A stretch of 64,000 bases of DNA. It comes from Macrostomum hystrix (lineage: Eukaryota; Animalia; Platyhelminthes). The DNA lies in NCBI GenBank assembly GCA_950097015.1, contig CATNEN010000005.1, forward strand, positions 4,960,001 to 5,024,000, in the 5' to 3' direction. A model generated the notes under the pieces. That model worked only from the letters and a program-made list of their open reading frames with translations, was not told where the DNA came from and ran no database searches. Each line of letters begins with the position of its first letter. The first letter of the stretch is position 1. The translations under genes and the position numbers were made by a program. Positions 57,401 through 64,000 of this stretch are shown in pieces.

Positions 57401-60400
57401 GTGACAATCGTCTATCATTTCTGGCTCGCTCCAGACAGCGCAGCGATCGCTCAGCGGCCTGCTGACCAGGTGGCCGCTAACCAAAGCAATCAGGTAACTC
57501 GGTATGGGCACCGACTGGCGGAATCGGTGCAGCCTGTACTGCTGCTGGCTAAAAAACGGAATAATACAAAGCATCATAATACATAACGAACAGTAGAATA
57601 TGCTCCATTTGTGTTGGAGAACAGTCAAAATCACTGGGCAGGAAGAAATTTGTGATTGATGGCAGTAGAAATCAGTGATTGATAACAGTAGAAATCAGTG
57701 ATTGATAACAGTAGAAATCAGTGATTGATAACAGTAGAAATCAGTGATTGATAACAGTAGAAATCAGTGATTGATAACAGTAGAAATCAGTGATTGAGAA
57801 CAGTAGAAATCAGTGATTGATAACAGTAGAAATCAGTGATTGATAACAGTAGAAATCAGTGATTGATAACAGTAGAAATCAGTGATTGATAACAGTAGAA
57901 ACCTGTGATTGATAACAGTAGAAATCAGTGATTGATAACAGTAGAAATCAGTGATTGATAACAGTAGAAATCAGTGATTGATAACAGTAGAAATCAGTGA
58001 TTGATAACAGTAGAAATCAGTGATTGAGAACAGTAGAAATCAGTGATTGATAACAGTAGAAATCAGTGATTGATAACAGTAGAAATCAGTGATTGATAAC
58101 AGTAGAAATCAGTGATTGATAACAGTAGAAATCAGTGATTGATAACAGTAGAAATCAGTGATTGATAACAGTAGAAATCAGTGATTGATAACAGTAGAAA
58201 CCTGTGATTGATAACAGTAGAAATCAGTGATTGATAACAGTAGAAATCAGTGATTGATAACAGTAGAAATCAGTGATTGATAACAGTAGAAATCAGTGAT
58301 TGATAACAGTAGAAATCAGTGATTGAGAACAGTAGAAATCAGTGATTGATAACAGTAGAAATCAGTGATTGATAACAGTAGAAATCAGTGATTGATAACA
58401 GTAGAAATCAGTGATTGAGAACAGTAGAAATCAGTGATTGATAGCAGTAGAAATCAGTGATTGATAACAGTAGAAATCAGTGATTGATAACAGTAGAAAT
58501 CATTGATTGATAGCAGTAGAAATCAGTGATTGATAACAGTAGAAATCAGTGATTGAGAACAGTAGAAATCAGTGATTGATAGCAGTAGAAATCAGTGATT
58601 GATAACAGTAGAAATCAGTGATTGATAACAGTAGAAATCAGTGATTGATAGCAGTATAAATCAGTGATTGATAGCAGTAGAAATCAGTGATTGATAGCAG
58701 TAGAAATCAGTGATTGATAACAGTAGAAATCAGTGATTGAGAACAGTAGAAATCAGTGATTGATAGCAGTAGAAATCAGTGATTGATAACAGTAGAAATC
58801 AGTGATTGATAACAGTAGAAATCAGTGATTGATAGCAGTAGAAATCAGTGATTGATAGCAGTAGAAATCAGTGATTGATAGCAGTAGAAAATGACTATTA
58901 GAAGAGACTCAACTTGCTCAAGAAGCACTGGGGAATTCGCTCACCTGTCCTGTTCCGATCCCATTAGGCAGGCGCTCATTAGTACTTCGAGTCTAGAATC
59001 GGCTCTAACAACAGCGGAATAGGTGGCTTTGACACCTGGCGAATCCTGGCAAGGCAGCAGGCTACGCGCGTGTATGGCCTGGCATTGGCTGAATAGATAG
59101 GGCAGGCTCCCACCGCTAGTCTGCTCAGGCTGCAGCCACTGCAGAGCACTGCACTGCGGACTCGTGCTGTAGTGCACTTGCACCCGAATAGCACTGTGAG
59201 AATTGATTGGTTCAGTGATGGGTCAATTAGGCAGCTCGCTGCATTTAAACAGCTGGTTTAAGTATTCTGCTCATTCAGTGTGTCATGCAGATTTAGTATT
59301 CTGCTCATTCAGTGTGTCATGCAGATTCAGCATTCTGCTCATTCAGTGTGTCATGTAGTTCCCTTATTCTGCTCATTCAAAATGTGTAGGGTCACACCCT
59401 ATGTGTATTTAACATTGTCCCAATGATAATTTTAGGAGAAGTGACACATTCTGCAGTGTACTTTTAGCTGTGACTGAAAAAAGGGGTAGAGAGACTCAAA
59501 GAGCAAAACTGATAAAATCTGAGTGTTTCAACCACCGCTGATAATGCATTGAGAGCAGTCAGTGACCTGAGAGAAGCAGCCATAGGTTCTTAAAAGTTAC
59601 ATTTCAGATAAGACATGGCCAAAGCCTAGCTAAAGTAAAATGAAATATTCACCCAAAAGTTTCTTCCAGAAGCAGTTACTACTTGATTAATTTACTTTTT
59701 ATTGGACTTACTAGACTTACTCCAATAATTACATAGATAGTCATAGTAATTGATAAAGATTTATACTGAAAATTTCCAAGAAGCATGCTTTATAATTAAC
59801 AAATTAAAATACATCCACTTTTTTAAACTCAATTTTCAGTTATTCAATCAGATTACATGGATCACATCACAACTCACTTGCCAGCAGTTGCAGCAGTAGG
59901 CAAGTGGATCTCAAGCTTTGATCCTTTGAAGTCAGTGGATGGATGCAACACAAACTTCAGGTCAGTGTCAGAATCTTCAGTGCCTGATAATAGCTTTACA
60001 GACTTGATGGACAAATCACGTGTATCCAAGTCCTAAAAATTGTAATCAGAAAATTAAAAAAGTTAAGTTATTTAATTTGGTAAATTATATACATATAAAT
60101 GCAGAGTAAGCCAACATTTGACTTAAAATGATGTCAATAAATTATTAATAATACATGTACATTTCCAAAAAGGTAGCACTGAACTACACAAAAGGATAAC
60201 AACATCAAGCCTCCTCTTGAACAACAGAACTAGGCCCTACCTGTACTGTAAGAGATGGATATGCTATGGCTCTAGCTCTACTCTTCCTACTAGCTACCAC
60301 TACTATTTTGGCTTACAACTTAAAAACAGTTTTGGCACAATAGCCAAAACTAGCTTGTAGCTATGTCTACAGATAAGTATAATTTTTGGATAGTTATCTT

Positions 60401-60738
60401 GAAACAAATCTGGATGCACTGCACCTGCAATTCTATTTTCTAAGCCTTACACAATGCTAGCTGATACTTTAACTATATTAACTAAAATATACACTTTTAA
60501 GTTTTATATTTCAAATTAAAACACTTGAATAAATACAAAAATGCTTAGCTAAAAAATAATAATCCAATAACACTGCAGACAAGAAATAACTCACAATGTT
60601 AGTCGCTTCACAAAGGCTTTCGAGATGAAGAATCACGTAACCAAAAATGATCTTTTTATTGAAGTCAATTGTCCAATCGATGTCTTTATTGGTGGTTTTC
60701 CAATACTTCAAATTAGATTGAGAAGAATGGTCACTCAT
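54471..60738 (-). CDS. LTA4H: Leukotriene A4 hydrolase / M1 aminopeptidase; exons 60738-60595, 60032-59878, 59193-58945, 57548-57368, 56741-56398, 55745-55330, 54841-54471
   Basis: [32 protein letters not shown] (HEXXH-18-E), VPYEKG and [10 protein letters not shown]. All six introns are GT-AG with consistent phases (0,2,2,0,2,1). Confidence 0.95.
54960..55200. repeat. Short degenerate tandem repeat (about 63 bp x3, core GGAATTTAACGGAAGAACTCGTTGCA) in LTA4H intron 6
   Basis: Read directly. Confidence 0.75.
55825..56006 (-). mobile_element. SINE family B in LTA4H intron 5
   Basis: AGTCCATGGACTGGGGG..CCCCAGCTAATG..GGGAATCGAACC..TAGGCTACAA. Confidence 0.8.
56170..56380 (+). mobile_element. SINE family A body in LTA4H intron 5
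   Basis: Near-identical to 7110-7285. Confidence 0.8.
56831..57075 (+). mobile_element. SINE family B in LTA4H intron 4
   Basis: TTGTAGTC..GGTTCGAGTC..CAAGATACTTAACTCTGTATTGCTTCAGTTCACCCAGCTGTTAAATGGGTACC..CAGTCCATGGACTG. Confidence 0.87.
57115..57333 (-). mobile_element. SINE family A with an intact tRNA-Arg-like head
   Basis: Reverse complement GTGGCGGAGCTGATAACCGTGTCTG..GGTTCGAATCCGCAGCGAGGCC, then the family A body. Confidence 0.78.
57663..58895. repeat. 23-bp minisatellite (CAGTAGAAATCAGTGATTGATAA) in LTA4H intron 3
   Basis: Read directly. Confidence 0.97.
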
Positions 60739-61553
60739 TTTCCGAGTAATTTACAACAGCAGAACAGAAACTAAAGGTTTAACAAAGAAAGGATTTAAAG
60801 TGCCGTATTGTTAATTGGCGATCAAATATATCACTTCGAAAAAATTAGTACCGCATGCCGTTTGGCAGTTCAAATCTGAGCGCAAATTAATAAAACGCGT
60901 CACGAAAACAGTGATCTTTACGTCATCAAGCGTCTTTTTTTTATTAAAAACAAAGAGCGGTTATTTACAAAATTACAACACATCAAGGCGGAAGGCCAAG
61001 TCTCTCGCGTTTAGGGGATTTTAAATGTCGTGCATATTAAGTGGATTTCGAACGGCCCGGCCAATTTGTGAAAGCGCGGAAAATGGGATGTTAGTAGACT
61101 GAAAGCTCGAAAAACAATTATTTATGTTACGTTTGTGCAAGAAGAAATAAACTGCAATCGTTCTACACTCGTGGTTCGAGTTAAAATGTCAAGGGCTGCA
61201 ACGTACTATTGTAAAGGACTACAAAAACATACGCTGAGCACGTCACATTGCGTGTTTTGTGTGCGGTAGCTCTTTTTCTAGCATTTACCTTCTTTTGCGA
61301 GTTAAAGCATGTCAAAAAAGTAAAATGAATAAGTCGTATAGGTTTTCTTTCCAAGCTCTTCAAAAAATATGTAACTTCACTTCAACATTTCTCTCCAAAA
61401 ATGCATCATTGGAGACTTATCGAGCTTCCTTTTTAAATGTCAAACTCAGGCGTCGGATGGTCGTCGCGCATATGGAAAAAAGTATATCCTCTCTGCGGTG
61501 ACGTCTAACGGACGTCTTGCTTATGGGAAATCGCTAATGTTAAAGAGACGTCG

Positions 61554-64000
61554 TGTGATGAGCGCGGACGAGAGCAAAGCTCCAACCAATCTATTTGGCT
61601 TCAGCCGATATATAAGTAGCTCACGCAGAGCCAGACGCGATTACATAATATAGTAGCATGAGAGAGAGAACGCTAGCATGTACACCTAGACGGGTGTACA
61701 AACTTGTGCACAGACGCTATACTCATGACATCTCCCTTCTAAAAGCAACAAAAATAGTGAATGCAGACAGTACATTAAATTTAATTTCGACGAATAGCAA
61801 GCTTGCGAGAAATTAAAACGAGAGATATAGGACAAAGCTTTAAAATTAACAAAAAAAATATTGTGACTGGATAATTAGGGAATTAAAAAAAATCTTTTTG
61901 CATCACGCAGAAATCAAAAGGAATAAAATCGATAATTATAGTTTTCATGCAAAAAAACTCAGAGCAAGGCAACTCAAAAAATCATTAGCATTTCAAATCA
62001 AATCAAAATCAAATCATGAAAAAAAAGTTTTAGCAAAAGCAACCGCAAAGAATATTAGCAAAAGCTCGAAAAAAGAGACTAAATCTAACATAAACGCACT
62101 GCAAATAATAGTCTTTAAACGGCCAAAAAACAGTCACTAAACAGTCCATCACAATCATACTCAGTCATCAGATCGGTAGCGGGCAGGCAACACGCCCTTT
62201 GTGGTCCTGGCCGACCGCCGCGGAAGCTCGCCAGCCTTAGCAGGTGCTCGATCTGCTGCCGTTGCTTCCGGACTGGTTGTGCCCTCTTGTCTCGCTGCGA
62301 CGACGTCCTCAGCCTCTGGAGTGGCTTGCTGCGGAACCAGGTGAAGGTCCCGACGGTTCCGAACGAGCTCACGGCCGTGTTGCGTCTGCACCCGGTAGGA
62401 GCGCAGAGCCGGATCAGCTTCCACGACGACTGCTGGCTCCCATTTGAAATCTTGACGGTAGCGGACAGCATCACCGACATGCAGTTCTGGTAGAGTTCGG
62501 CTATGCTCGTCGTAGTAACGCTGTTGAACCGCCTGCAGCGGAGCCTTGGAGAACTCGGTTGTCCTGTTCTGGACCAATGCTCTGCTGTCTGCTGGCAGCT
62601 TCGTCCGAATCAGCCGACCGAACATTAGCTCACTCGGACTAGTTTTGGTTCCACTGATCGGTGACGCCCGATATTCCATCAGCGCTACCTCCGGCTGGTC
62701 CGATTTCCGCAGAATGCTCTTTGCCACTTTGACTGCCTTCTCAGCCATTCCATTAGACTGCGCATGACCTGGAGACGATCGCGTGTGTCGGAAACCGAAC
62801 TCAGCAGCAAACTCTTGAAACTTGAATGAGCTAAACGGGGGTCCATTGTCGCTGACCAGCTCCTTGACGATTCCGAACCTGGCAAACATAGACTTTATTC
62901 TAGAAATTACCAGAGCAGCTCCTGACTGCTGGCCCAGTTTTGCCAACTCAATCCAATTGCTGTAGTAACATGTAACGACCAGCCACTTGTCACCCTTAAA
63001 GTCGAGCAAATCGCAGGCAACCTTTGTCCATGGTGAATCTGGAACCTGATGGCTCATCAGCGGCTCCCTTGGATTGGCAGGCTGAAATGCCTGGCACGTA
63101 GTGCAGCGACTCACGAACCGTTTGATATCGCCTGACATTCCAGGCCAGTACAGAATCTGACGCGCACGCGCTTCGGTCTTGCCCATTCCAGCATGGCCTT
63201 CGTGCAGAATCTCCAGGATCTTCTGACGCAGTGAGACAGGCACAATGACACGGTTCACCTTCAGCAGTACGCCTTCGTGATAGACCAGTTCTTCCTTGAA
63301 GCTCCAGTAAGAACGGATAGATGAACAAACACGGCGGTAATCTGTTGGCCAACCATCCTGAACGAACTGTGCCACAAGAGACAAATCGCGATCCTTGCTA
63401 GTCTCGTCACGAATTTCTTGCATCCGAACGGCAGATATCGGTAGACTCCTGCACAGCTGGTGGACCTCCACCTCGATTTCATCATCCAAAGCTGCCTCGG
63501 TCTCTGGCAAGTACGCTCTTGACAACGTGTCGGCAATCTGCATCTTGGATCCTGGTGACCACGAGACCTTCAGATTGTACCTTTTGAGCTGGTACAGCAT
63601 TCGAGCAATTCTCGGTGGGGCGTGAACCAAATCTCGTTTGAAAATTATCCCCAGCGGCTTGTGATCAGTCGTGACTCGAACCACTGGTAGGCCATAGACG
63701 TAGTCATGAAACTTTTTGCAAGCAATCACGACAGCCAGCGTCTCCTTCTCAATCTGGGCATAATTTTTCTGCGTCGAAGTCAAAGCTGCGGAACCATACG
63801 CGACAGGCTGTCCATTCTGTAGCAGCGCACAACCAACTCCAACAGATGAACTGTCAACTTGCAACTCGACATCTACTGTAGGATCAAACAGCCTTAATAC
63901 GGGTGCTTGCGTCAATACTTCTTTCAGCTTCTCAAAAGCTTTTTGCTGCCTTTCCTGCCAGTCGAACAGCACATCCTTCTTTAAAAGCGAGCGAAGTGGA
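61554..64000 (-). mobile_element. 3' part of a second Gypsy element, with a putative 177-bp 3' LTR at 61554-61730 and PPT AGAAGGGAGA at 61731-61740
   Basis: PPT immediately followed by TGTCATGAG. The proposed LTR ends CTCATCACA (imperfect inverted termini). The partner LTR is outside the window. Confidence 0.8.
62161..63999 (-). CDS. pol: Gypsy pol C-terminal part (RT connection, RNase H, integrase), truncated by the window edge
   Basis: QVDSSSVGVG and YAQIEKETLAVV RNase H motifs. H-x3-H..C..C zinc finger. VSDNGPPF and NGMAE integrase core. Confidence 0.94.
   Translation of the reverse strand, partial: PLRSLLKKDVLFDWQERQQKAFEKLKEVLTQAPVLRLFDPTVDVELQVDSSSVGVGCALLQNGQPVAYGSAALTSTQKNYAQIEKETLAVVIACKKFHDYVYGLPVVRVTTDHKPLGIIFKRDLVHAPPRIARMLYQLKRYNLKVSWSPGSKMQIADTLSRAYLPETEAALDDEIEVEVHQLCRSLPISAVRMQEIRDETSKDRDLSLVAQFVQDGWPTDYRRVCSSIRSYWSFKEELVYHEGVLLKVNRVIVPVSLRQKILEILHEGHAGMGKTEARARQILYWPGMSGDIKRFVSRCTTCQAFQPANPREPLMSHQVPDSPWTKVACDLLDFKGDKWLVVTCYYSNWIELAKLGQQSGAALVISRIKSMFARFGIVKELVSDNGPPFSSFKFQEFAAEFGFRHTRSSPGHAQSNGMAEKAVKVAKSILRKSDQPEVALMEYRASPISGTKTSPSELMFGRLIRTKLPADSRALVQNRTTEFSKAPLQAVQQRYYDEHSRTLPELHVGDAVRYRQDFKWEPAVVVEADPALRSYRVQTQHGRELVRNRRDLHLVPQQATPEAEDVVAARQEGTTSPEATAADRAPAKAGELPRRSARTTKGVLPARYRSDD

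Noticed and set aside
567-58895. Tandem arrays as possible CRISPR arrays
   Set aside because: The units are contiguous with no unique spacers, there are no cas genes, and the context is eukaryotic.

Overview
This is eukaryotic (animal) genomic DNA. The GC-rich compact exons, minisatellite-filled introns, tRNA-SINEs and AG acceptors just upstream of most start codons suggest a free-living flatworm such as Macrostomum (inference only). Host genes: the last two exons of an OCA2/P-protein (+), an intronless class A GPCR (-), CEPT1 (3 exons, -), an orphan 160-aa ORF (-), a MIS12-like ORF (-), PHPT1 (-), a catalytically degenerate ornithine decarboxylase/antizyme-inhibitor homolog (+) and LTA4H (7 exons, -). 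Mobile DNA: one intact young Gypsy element with an extra ORF, the 3' part of a second Gypsy, a broken Crypton-like tyrosine recombinase element with a related non-autonomous cluster, several MITEs and two SINE families. About a quarter of the window is tandem repeat. Three hidden signals stand out. (1) An AUU-initiated, intron-split, PPW-containing uORF (uCC-type polyamine sensor) lies in front of the dead ODC homolog and is absent from the ORF track. (2) The OCA2 intron/exon junction is tandemly copied ten times, and only the last acceptor is in frame. (3) A CCATAGAC/GTCTATGG motif system links the tyrosine recombinase to a distant palindrome-rich cluster.
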